Shown piece after piece: positions 12,601-23,752 of a DNA stretch of 64,000 bases. The notes below the pieces were generated by a model, which was given only the letters and a program-made list of their open reading frames with translations, ran no database searches and was not told the DNA's origin. This DNA comes from Cirrosporium novae-zelandiae (lineage: Eukaryota). The translations under genes and the position numbers were made by a program. The stretch covers positions 310,001-374,000 of the forward strand of contig JAPETS010000001.1 of assembly GCA_026023565.1 (NCBI GenBank), in the 5' to 3' direction. Numbering within the stretch: position 1 is the stretch's first letter; each line of letters starts with the position of its first letter.

Positions 12601-14503
12601 ATGTCTTTATCTCTAGGAGAGTTCAAACCTCAAAAAACCACTCGCATCTGTGGCCGCAAAGTCAAAACAGGATGTATAACATGCAAGTAAGTTAACTGGA
12701 TGTCCAATGGGGCCTATGCTGCCAATGCTGCCAATGCTGCCAATGCTGCCAATGCTGCCAATGCTGCCAATGCTGCCAATGCTGCCAATGCTGCCAATGC
12801 TGCCAATGCTGCCAATGCTGCCAATGCTGCCAATGCTACCAATACTATCAAGACTGCCAACACTTTCAACAACGTTACACTTGCATACGTTGTATTGCAG
12901 CAAGGATGAAATGCTAACGGTTTTGAAAGGGTTCGCCATGTCAAATGTGACGAAGGAAAGCCACAGTGTTTAAGGTACACATACACAACTAGGCACCAAC
13001 AATTGACAGCCAATACTAACGCTTCTCAGGTGCACCAGCACAGGAAGAAAGTGTGATGGATATCCAACCCTAAACAAACAGAGCTTTGTCGGGAACCCAA
13101 CCATTCTGCCAGGGCCGGGACTTCAGAACCCTTTCCATTGTCTGTCCGGAAGCACAGATGAAGTCCGCTATCTCGAATTTTATTTTCACAAGGTCGGACC
13201 CAAACTCTCTGGATATTTCGACTCGGACTTTTGGCTTCGCCTTGTCCTCCAACTCGGCTATGCTGAACCCGCCATTAGGCATTCAATCATGGCCATAAGC
13301 TGCCTTTACGAACAAGGAACCAATAACCAACAACTACCGGATGGAAAACTTCATTGCGTCAATAAACAAGGATTTTTCCTACAGCAATATAATAAAGCCA
13401 TCAACTGTCTTGTCTATCGTATGAATACCCAGCCAGAATCCTTTGAAATTTCCTTGGTTACTTGCATCCTATTTATCTACTTGGAATTTCTTCGTGGAAG
13501 AAGCTCCGATGAGGCCTTTTGTCATTTCCGAGGTGGTCTCAAGATTTTAACTGAGTTCAGAAGTCGAAAGCTTAAGCCTTTTTCAATATCCTCCACTTCA
13601 ACTGATTCCTCCGCTTTATCTATGGTGTGGGGTAGTAGTACGGTCAATGTGCTAGAAGAAAAGCTAGTTCCCGTCTTTGCACGTCTTGGTACCGTCGCGT
13701 CACTCTTCGGTCAACCGCCATTGCTTCTTCCTTCTTCAGAGTACAGCACCACAATGAGCCCACCTGCAGCTTTTACGGATCTTCAGGGAGCAAGGCTTCT
13801 GTTGATTGATCTTATGAATATGTCACTGAGCTTCATATGGCTGTCAAACAGCAAAAAATATAACAACGACTTTACATTGGATGATATGATACATCATTCC
13901 CAACTTCTGGCATGCTTGGAAGGGTGGTTTCAAGCATTTGAGGTGTTTAATGAAAGGGGTTCTGCTGCACATGAGTTCGAAGATGCCGCAAACTCATTGC
14001 GAATATTTCATAAAACTGCCTGGATTTGGCTCTCATCTTGCACAGATCCATTGGAATTATACTACGATCAATATTTATCCGATTTCCACCAGCTAATTTC
14101 CCTCGCTGAAAAGATTATGAAAGTCGATTTTCCTAGCAGACCTTGGCAAACTCAACTCGATTTTTCTTTCGATATGGAGGTAGTCGCACCATTGTATTTT
14201 GCAGCAGTTAGATGTCGCGACCCTACAACTCGATGGAAGGCTGTCAATTTATTAGCCCAAAATCCTAGGCGTGAAGGATTGTGGGAAACTGAGCGGTGCC
14301 TTGTAGTTGCCAAGCGCATTATCGAGTTGGAAGAAATGGGGTTTCATGATCGGCCCGGCAGCCAGTATCCTCCGGAACAGTTCCGTATCCATGATGCAGT
14401 TTTTGCAAGCAACAGCGCGCCCGGATTTGATGTTTCTTTTTTTACCCTCCCTAATGGCGTTGGCACTCAAAGACACATATGGCAAGAAAGTCTTCAATTA
14501 TAG
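12601..14503 (+). CDS. Zn(II)2Cys6 transcription factor with fungal-specific (DUF3468-like) domain (3 exons)
   Basis: Exons 12601-12686 (KVKTGCITCK), 12930-12974 (VRHVKCDEGKPQCLR) and 13030-14503 (CTSTGRKCDGY...FW...EPAIRH...FSFDMEVVAPLY...CRDP..R..A..LL...PRREGLW). Confidence 0.9.
12712..12846. repeat. 9-bp tandem repeat (GCCAATGCT)13 plus 2 degenerate flanking units, inside intron 1 of the Zn2Cys6 gene
   Basis: Perfect copies span 12721-12837 and lie between the donor at 12687 and the acceptor at 12929. Confidence 0.97.
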
Positions 14504-14975
14504 TTGGCTAACTGTAACAATTTATTAGAATGGCAATGTTTAATTGGATGGCCATGCTAGTTTGTTTTGGATTGGTCTATTCGAACAAATCACGTGTAAG
14601 CTAGGCAATCATCTAGAAGAAGTTTAACTGTATCTAACCCTTAACTCAGCCTTGGGGTCAACGTTTATATTCAAAACGGATCTGATTCCCTGGCTCCAGC
14701 CACCACGACAAGTCAGCTCGAACAAATCACGTGTGTAATCAATAAATATCCAAGGTTATATCTGGTTCTGATCTGATCCTAATGGGTATGACAGAGCTAA
14801 TCGTTATGTCTTTAATTGTACTCCCTCAGCTTCTCGTCTGGGAGATATAAAGGCTGAGGAGTTCCCATGTTTTATTACTTTAACATTCCACATCTCTAGG
14901 TTGACGCAAAAGCTCATACGTTCATTCACCTCTTCAATTCTCACTTTAGATATTCTTTTCCATCCCAAGCCCAAC

Positions 14976-16876
14976 ATGGCTATCATCTTTTTCCTTTTCT
15001 TTTCTTTGATGCTCTGTCTCTCCCGTGCCTATGAGGATTGTCCTATCCTAGGGCCCGTCTTCCCCCCACCTTCGGATTTCACCTCTGAACATTTACAGGA
15101 TGCCTTTTCAAACCTCACAGAGGCCTTGGATCAAGCATTGTCCACAGGCAACAGTACACACGGCAAGGTATATAACAACACCGCCTTTGCGATCCAATTC
15201 CTTTCCATTAACGATGCAACACCATTGTTCCAATACTATTATACTCCAAAGTCCATGTCAACAAATTCTTACGGCGTGAGCAAAGTCGATGGAGACTCTA
15301 TTTTCCGTATCGGAAGCGTTTCAAAGTTGTTGTTGGTCTACACGCTCTTGCTAGAGGTTGGGGAAACTTACTGGGATCAGCCTGTGACCAACTTTGTTCC
15401 TGAGCTGCAAGCCCATATTGCCAAAAGTCGGACCGATCTGATTGACTATACAAGCTGGGATCAGATTTCTTTAGGTGCACTTGCAGGACATCTTGCAGGT
15501 GTAACTAGGGATATGGCAGGTGCCGGTGGACTTACATTGGCATACGCTCAAAAACAGCTAGTTGCCTTGGGATTTCCACCCCTCAATGCTTCAGAATATC
15601 CCCTCTGCGTAGCCAATAACTCGAGCGCTTGCAACAGAACCGGTATGTCTTGACTGTCTATTAGATGTCCTATTTATCTGTTACGATGTGTCAAGGTAAT
15701 CTCAAGTTCCTAACTTGAATCACTGATATGGAACAGAATTCTTCAATGCGATCGATACACGGAAACCAATCTATGCCCCGGATACCACCCCCATCTATAG
15801 CAACACCGCATTTCAGATTCTTGCATATGCTTTGGAAGGCATTGTTGGCCAATCATTTGAAACGTTGTTGCAAAGAAGCCTCGTCACACCCCTAAACCTG
15901 ACTGGGACGAGCTATTCCAAACCCAACGACTCCCGGGGCGTGATTCCGCAAAATCCTACCACAAGTTGGTGGAATGCGGATGTTGGCGATGTCACACCGT
16001 AAGTTTTCTTGACTGTATACCTGATTCATCCTGACAAAGCTTAGCGCCGGTGGATTGTACTCTACGGCACACGACCTCGCCGCAATCGGTCGGTCTATTC
16101 TTGCATCCTCACTTCTATCTCCAAACAGTACTCGCGCATGGATGAAACCCATCACTCATACTTCAAGTATATACGAATCTGTTGGCCGTCCTTGGGAAAT
16201 TCTCCGCCTTGTCCTGCCTCAACCTGCCAACCGAGTGACCGATATGTATACCAAAGCTGGAAATCTTGGCTTGTACAATGACGTGCTAGCCTTGTTGCCA
16301 GATTATGGTGTAGGCTTCATTACCATGGCAGCTGGCTCTGGCAGTCCCAACCCATTCAACGGACTGATTGCCGATATTGTCCTACCCCAGTTCGAAACCA
16401 TTGCCCGAGAGGAAGCCGACGACGTGTACGCAGGCACATATGCTGCAGCAATAAACGGTCTCAATTCTAGCATCCAACTCACAACAGATCCATCCAAGCC
16501 AGGTTTGGGGATCGCCAGCTTCATCAGCAACGGCACCGATATGCTCTCCATCATTGCTGAGCTGGAAGGAGTATCCGAAATTGGCATTCGCGCATACCCC
16601 ACAAATTTAGAATCTGCAACATCATCGGGTAATGGTACTAGTACTAGTACTACAAGCGGCAAAAAAATCGCTTTTAGGACCGTGATAGGATTCCCCACAA
16701 ACTTTCAAGACCATGGCGTCTTCGCCTCATGCGGTAGCTGGGGTGGTGTCGATGGAATGACGTACGGGAGATATGCGGTTGATGACATTGTAATCACATT
16801 AAACGAGGCCGGGACCAAAGCTATCAGCGTCTCTCCAAATATTTTGATGGTGGATTTGGAGAGGAAGAGTGCTTAA
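14976..16876 (+). CDS. Secreted beta-lactamase/transpeptidase-like serine hydrolase (class C/AmpC-like fold; 3 exons)
   Basis: Signal peptide MAIIFFLFFSLMLCLSRA, CPILGP motif, SxxK in FRIGSVSK, YSN in PIYSNTAFQIL, and TKAG. Introns 15643-15736 and 15999-16044. Confidence 0.9.
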
Positions 16877-17275
16877 AATCATCATGATGATTACAACATC
16901 ACATCAGCAAAGAGAAAGGAGAAGGGACTTTGAATAATTTGTGTTTCTAAATATATCTATTATAATAGAGTTGTTTTTTTCTTATTCTGCCTGAAAATAG
17001 TGATCTGATCTATCATAATCCTTACATGACACCCCTCTAAGCGATAGCTATTGGTGGCTGGTTCAGGAGATACTAGTTTATCTCTGTGATGCGCAGGAGC
17101 CAGCTAGCAATACCTATTATAACTCCTTCTTCGTAGTAACCTGTGTGCCTTTGCTAAAAAATACTTCTGGGAAAATGTGTTTTTTCTTTCTTTGTCTGTG
17201 TAAGGCGGGAGGGGGAGGGGAATTTAGTTAGGTATTAGTGTTTTTTTTTTGTAATATTTTATTCCAGAGGGCGCT

Positions 17276-17312
17276 TTCTTCTTCTTCTTCTTCTTCTTCT
17301 TCTTCTTCTTCT
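17276..17312. repeat. (TTC)n microsatellite, about 12 copies
   Basis: Read directly from the sequence. Confidence 0.95.
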
Positions 17313-18019
17313 GCTTTTTGTGATGAAAGAGAGGGAGAGTGTGGGGGGGAGGGGGTGGTTTGATACTGTTCAATGCCGTGTATATGTGTGTATATGTATG
17401 TATGTGTGTGGGATGAGGATGAGGATATAAGTTTATGACATTCAAGTACATGTACAACAAATATCCAAGTGATACTAAGATCATCTTGGGGGGGGGTTGA
17501 AGCTATATATATATATAAAGGGCTAATGAAAGAGAGATGATTGGTTTTTGTAGAGGTTTGAGATAATTGGAATTGTTTTTTTTTATTTTTTTTTCAAATT
17601 GAGGGGAAGGAGGGGGGACGTAAAGGGCCTTTCTTGTTAGTTTCTAATTCTAATTCGGTGTTTTTTGATATATACATGCGCCGGGGGGGGGAGGGGGGGT
17701 GTTGTATGAGAACTATATATTTTTATCACGAATGGACATACAGTACATGTGCCCTCCCCCCTTGGATAAATGTTAGGTCCCTTTTATTAATTAAGTGATA
17801 CATGCAAACAAAACCGTTCCCATCTCAAGTACCTAGGTAGGTACAGGTACTTCAACAAATGTCACCCATTGATTGCCTTGCTCATTCATTCGTCATCTCC
17901 ATCTCCTTCCCTTCCCTCTATACATAGCCGTTGCTCCTTTTCACTCTAGCAGCTTGCGAGATACCCTCACTACCGACTTGTGGAATGAGTTTTTTTTTTT
18001 TCGTTTTGTCTCAAATTTC

Positions 18020-20206
18020 TTAATCTGTGTGTCTTTCAACTTCACGTGTCTTAGCGCTTGATGATGTTGGTGGTCCCATGAGAATGACATCAGTACATTT
18101 TCTCGAATTACTTTTTTCGTCGGAGGGGGTGGGGAGTATATCTCTAGGATTGATAGGTTATCGAGGAGGAGGAGTTCAAGTGAGGAGATTGATTGCATTA
18201 CTAAAGGCTGTTGCTGATCTTTGCTGTCGACGGATAAGATTTGAGAGCAACTGCTATAGCGAGATAGAGTGGTATGGTGTGGCTGGCCCGATAACTTCCC
18301 CAAATCCAGACTTGAAGGTGTTATCGAATTGAGATGAAGATAATGCTATATTTTTTCGAACTTTGTGCTCTAAAAATGCCGATGCCATAGTCACGTTTGA
18401 TTTTGTTGCCGCCACATATAGAGCCGTACCGTACATAGGGTGAACATGGTTAATTTTTCTGGGATCCTTGAATGCTTTTGATGATTGTGTCTATACCAGT
18501 CAAGAATTCCTTTCAGTCTAAGAGGCTCGAAGTGGAACTGTGTGATTTTGCTTAGCCCTCCAGATATCAATGGCTAGCGTAACCTCACCTCTCCCACATC
18601 AGGATAATCTAAGAGCGGACAATAACCAGGACTAAAACAAGTCTAAGAATTTAAAACTCTAGCTGGAGGGTACGGTATAGATCTCACAGATTGTTCTAGG
18701 GATCATAATCGTGACCCAATTTCCCCAAGTCCAGCACCAAGTCTGTCTCGTGTTATACCATGACGTCCCCATTAAACAATTAGTAACTCCAACTTCATTA
18801 TTACCAAAGAGTGTCAACTTACAGGAGCGCTTGATCTATCTGCTTCTTTCTCACGATCATTCTTCTCGTTGACCTTTTGAAGATATGCCGGAATATCATC
18901 AGGCCTGTAGTTCATTCTATTAGACGCAGCTTAGGAAGGAAGGAAAGAAAAATAATTGAAGCTACACCAGTAAAAGCTTACTTCATGTCCATTAACACAC
19001 ATTGAGATCTGGGCAGACTTCGTGCGGGCGGCTCATGTAGGATGGTGCTCTCCAAGGTGTGAAGCGCCAACTCTATGGCTTATTTATCCTAGTTATTCGA
19101 CTCGCCATACGCATTAATGCTCTTTTTAGCACCCAGCAAGAAGGCGTCGCCGAGTTTCATTTCAGCAACTCTAGATTCAGCCTGCGATGTTCTCTCCCCA
19201 TTGAACTCAAAAATCTCTAGAATATTTTTGCAATCTATAACTGTCCTCCATATGAATAGCTCAAATGAATACACGTCTGTCTTTACTCCATCGTCTGTGA
19301 GCCAACATCCCAATTCTGATGCACTATACGGCCAAGTTGTCATTCTCAGAGAATGTTTCTCATTACTTGCTATATCCATGACGGATCCACTAAAATCTGA
19401 CAGTTTAGCAGTAAGGGGGAATCCTGGACTATCAAACTTGCTCTTGTAGATGAGGACGTCCTTGTGGGTTAGGTCTCCATGCACAATTGCTGCACGCGTG
19501 AAGGATAGAGAGTCCTCGGCTGACATCGTAACAAAGCTTCTGCTTGATGGCGAAAGGTAATGGATTGTTCCCTCGCTACAAATTCTCCATCGAGCCGATT
19601 TCCAAAAATTCTAGGATGAGCTGGGGGTAAACAGAGCTGCTGTCCCTAGCTGCTGTCCATCCGAGGCCAGGGAGGCGAACTATATTGGGATGATACCGAA
19701 GTGGCGAATGAAGTAGAACCCTAGCTTCTAACAGAACATCCCCCCAGTCATTCCCGATATCATATCATCCTTCTTTGGACGAACAGCTTTGAGGGCCACA
19801 TACTTTCCAATCTATTTTCTCTCTCTAACTGACTCCCAGCCTCTTTCTTCCTCCATCCTACTCGTTGAACCCGAAAAGAGGCACCTTCGCCAATATCTAT
19901 ATTTGATCCCAATACCTCGCTGTCCGTATCGAAGAATACTGTCCTAGTGTTTTCAGGGTGTGCAACGTGGCACACAAATGAAGCCAAACCGCTAGTACCT
20001 GACCATTTCTGTTTTAGTAGTGATTTAAGTTCTTAACGCAGCGGTACATCGGCTTGAGGCAAGACTTCATCTTCGTTGCGGCCTGACGAGACTGAAGTTG
20101 TATCAAAGGTAAATTGATACTGATACTCGTTCACTGTACGAGCACTTGGACTACAATATAATCTTGATTCATGCGAAGCTGGACCTTGAGAGAGGAAGCT
20201 CTGCAT
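18020..20206 (-). pseudogene. Pseudogene of a Ser/Thr protein kinase with a C-terminal ankyrin-like remnant
   Basis: Across frameshifts and stops: IGEGASFRV (Gly loop), YVALK, DVLLEARVLLHSPLRYHPNIVRL.GLGW, LILEF, IVHGDL, AKLSDFSGS and KTDVYSF. A distal GTALYVAATKSNVTMASAFLEH looks like an ankyrin repeat. The 3' boundary is approximate. Confidence 0.82.
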
Positions 20207-20374
20207 CTGAAGGTTTCTTGGAGATATCTTCAAAACCAGCCCCTCTCAGGAAATTCCTAGAGTCATCGATCAATTAGGAATTCCAACTGCGATTTTCACT
20301 GCAGTCTATACAAAGCTACAAAAGTCCAAAAAGATCATTTCGTACTGAGAGGAAAGTTGTGAGGACTATCCAGG

Positions 20375-22079
20375 ATGCCTGGTCCGAGAACAATCATAGC
20401 CATGCTTACTGAATCCTACAGTGATGCAATACTAGTTTGGCCAACCTTGCAAAATGCTCTAAACGACGATGACGAATCCGCAGCTCTCGTGGTTCGATTT
20501 CAAACATGAGCGTTGAATGTTGGCCTTACCAAGGGAACATTCGACGCAAATCTACATCCTATTCATATGCTTATTGCTGAGCGACTTGATCGGGCTAGTT
20601 ATGTCGAGGGAAACAATTCTTCGCCCAGACAAGGTGCAAAGCATAATATCTGGAATGGCTTTATCGATCCAGTCCATTGGCATCAGAATCGATGTTAAAG
20701 AGAGGCTCAGGGACCGTACGAGTATTCTGAGAGGATTTCGTTGGGACTTAACTTCAAAAGCCAAGTTCTCCAAACTAGTTTCAAAACTTGAATTGCACAT
20801 AAATGAGCTAAATTCCCTCCTTACCAAAACACAGAAGTGGTCTCTCAAGGATGACTAGAAGAAAGTCAACATCGTCATGGTAGGAAATATTCCGGAGGAG
20901 CAAGTGGAGGATATTCAACGACTTTTACAACAACACCTAGGAGATCAGCCATCGAATGGTGTCGCAGGAATAGAGAGTTTCGTTGACAAGAAAGTGATAA
21001 ACACGTCTCAATATATTCTTTCTCGCTCTGGTGCTAGTAGCTTGGACCGACGGGAGCTCGATAAATTCGAGACTCCAACAAATTTCTCAACCAAAAGCCG
21101 ATTCCTAGCTCTTTCTAAGCCACCAATACACTCCGTACTAGGCCCGGGTCCATTCCTGCTAGAAAAGAAACAATGTGACTAAAAAATCTCCATTCAGGAT
21201 AAACGAATGCTAAAGGCCCGACTCGATAGACTCATTCTGCTTCTCAGCACTTCTAAATCCGAAGATTTTCGAACTTTCCGTGCTGTGTGATATTATGACG
21301 ATCCAGGATCTTTCTGCTGGTGGCTGGTCTTTCAATACCCATCTTTGACTGAGGCTGGCCTATCCATCTACCAGAGAACGTGTCAGCCAGTATCTTTGAA
21401 CAGCATTTCCCCCTTAAAGCCAAAACCTTCGTTAGAAGCACGTTTCAGACTGGCGAGCCTGATTTCGAAGAGAGTTGCGGGGCTTTTCAATAGCGGATGA
21501 ACGCATAAGGGGATTCGAAGCAAAAACATCCTCTTTCCTCGAATATACGACGATGAGAATACTGACATCAAGGGGAAATTGACCGATATTTCCTCACCGT
21601 ATCTTGCAGGATCTGAGTATTCTCGGCAAGACACCGAGGCCGTCACCATCGACAAAGGAAAACATCTTTACGATATCTATGCAGCTATATACCGACATCC
21701 GAATTACCAAGGCGAAGCGGCGTCCGGGTACAAGATGAAATGTGACATATATTCATTCGGGTGGGTCCTTATGGAAATAGCTTTATGGACTCCGCTTCTC
21801 GTTTTTCTCGATGCCAAAGGCCACCAGCCGCCAGGCACAGTACAACTTTCGTCAGCTATGACAACGTTTCACAAGGAGGAAGCCTTAGGATTAAAACGCC
21901 GTGCATTAGAGAGAATTAAGGTGGAAATGCCCTTTCGAGTAGGATCGAGATTTTGTAACGCCATGCAATAGTGTCTTACCATGCCGGAAGATGTAGAAGA
22001 AGAGTGGTTTCCTGCATTTAGGTTCCATAATCATGTTGTTGTGCCCCTGGAGAAGTGTGCACTTCTCTTTGAAATTTAA
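20375..22079 (+). pseudogene. Pseudogene of a HeLo-like (prion-inhibition) domain + pseudokinase protein
   Basis: The N-terminal helical region has ...RFQT*ALNVGL..G.FD..L.P and ...FRWDL.SK.KF.KLVSKL..HINELNSLL. It is followed by PSLEARFRLA, G*THKGIRSKNILF, PYLAGSEYSR, YRHPNYQG, DIYSFG.VLMEIALW and FHNHVVVPLEKC. At least 7 in-frame stops (20507, 20856, 21180, 21288, 21349, 21498, 21969) plus frameshifts. Confidence 0.82.
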
Positions 22080-23496
22080 CTGAGATAGCATCACCATAAA
22101 TATAAAAGTAAATACGTTCTCGACTTTCTGAAATGAGCCCACAATAGTAGACTTGCGCCTGGATGTAAACAATAGTAGTAGCTCGTAGATAACATCCAAG
22201 TTAGTCCATACCAGGGGGGATTTATCAAACTGCACGCACGTTATTAATTAATAGAACAGAAGAACAAGATATATTCCACCGACAGCAAACATCAAAGCAT
22301 CTCATTACTTCTCCCATCCAGGATTGCCAAGTTTGAAAACTCGTTACCTCAAAAAATGTGACTGTTCGTCCCGCAGATCAATCTCAGGTTACCCTACAGG
22401 TAGACAGACTACAAGCCTTGGGTTCTAATTGAGAGATGAACCTCACGCCAACTAGATAGCTCACCTATGATCTAAAAACAGTGGATTCACCTGAAGGTAA
22501 ACGTGGGATTCTTGTAGGCTTCGGTGTAGTTTAGGAGGCTAGTAATAAATTACAATGAGGTTAAATTTTACAAGATTTCTGTTTTTTGGGGAAGCCCCAT
22601 GCAGAAATCGGCCGGCACGTTTATCCGCCCGGCTCACTTTAGGGTCCTATACCGGTACCAATATGCCTCCTTGTTATCGGGAATATCGTCACCTAATTGA
22701 TTTAACTTGCAAGTTCCAATAGTCTTACATCACTTTACTTCTCTAGAGGTGGTGACAGGCCTCATAATCTATCACAAATAATACCTTCTACTGTGTTCCA
22801 TCTACCATGACATGACATTGCTAACATACATACTGTGATTATGATAGGATCCCAACCTTCTCTTTCTCAACCTGAACGAACGAGCATATTCAGATAAACA
22901 TCCAATCGTCATACCTACCTGGAGAGAAGCTAGAAATACGATTGGCAATGATCACAATGTCATACTCGCAGGAGCATTATTTACAGTAACTACACCATAC
23001 CTCTTAGCTTCCAGAATGATTTAGCTAGTCGGTAAATGATGAAAGAGAAGGAATCTATCATTCCAACACAGCCTGAAAATAATAAGCCTTGGCCTATTGA
23101 GGCCATTTTTGTTAACCTTTGCATGAGAATCTAGCCTTGCGTACAATCCAAAGGAGGATTTTAATCCTTCAGATGTTTTATGGGTCTAAAATATGCCTCA
23201 AGAGGTTTATGCGCTACTACATTACCGTATTGTGAAGTATGCTTGGGATATGTATATGAAGAGAATTTGGTCGCAAAGGCGAACCTCTTGAAATACATGC
23301 ATCATAGTGGCATAGCTTCACCTGATCTACTACGGTTTATATCTGATATAATATTTCTCATTTAAGCTATATATGGGCGGATCTGCTTTACCTCATGCAA
23401 GAAGAACAAAAACTAAGTCAGGCGGATTCCTTTCATGCATCAAATGTGTTCCATCGCCTTGCTGCCAAGGGGTAGCTCATTTTCAGGTTGACTACA

Positions 23497-23752
23497 CAAG
23501 TGGTAGACAGAAAAAGGCGGACTCACAAATCTGATTCCCCAGATATCTGATCTCACGATTTTTCAGAATAATTATAACAACGATGTATAGTACTTTAATA
23601 GTAGCCTATCAATCTACCATCGTTAATTATAATCATTTATTATTGTGTTGTGGTTAAATTCTTATATATATTAATTACATTATTCTGTGAGGGCACTACC
23701 TTAAGGTAGTGAAGAACAATTTGTGAGTCCGCCTTTTTCTGTCTACCACTTG
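23497..23752. mobile_element. MITE / non-autonomous DNA transposon, 256 bp
   Basis: Perfect 34-bp terminal inverted repeats (CAAGTGGTAGACAGAAAAAGGCGGACTCACAAAT at 23497-23530, reverse complement at 23719-23752) enclose an AT-rich non-coding core. The element is flanked by a CTACA direct repeat (23492-23496, 23753-23757). Confidence 0.9.

Noticed and set aside
12712..12846. CRISPR-like array
   Set aside because: A pure tandem repeat with no spacers, in a eukaryotic genome with no cas genes.
12613..13013. Four overlapping ORFs (SIG, ANA, MLP and LAA repeats)
   Set aside because: They are artefacts of the stop-free 9-bp repeat, which lies inside an intron of the Zn2Cys6 gene.
14976..16876. Antibiotic-resistance beta-lactamase or secondary-metabolite cluster
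   Set aside because: The fold is common in fungal secreted hydrolases, no PKS/NRPS core gene is in the window and the substrate cannot be inferred.
17224..17800. Poly-Lys/Pro ORF and G-runs
   Set aside because: Microsatellite and homopolymer DNA, with no evidence of coding or telomeric repeats.
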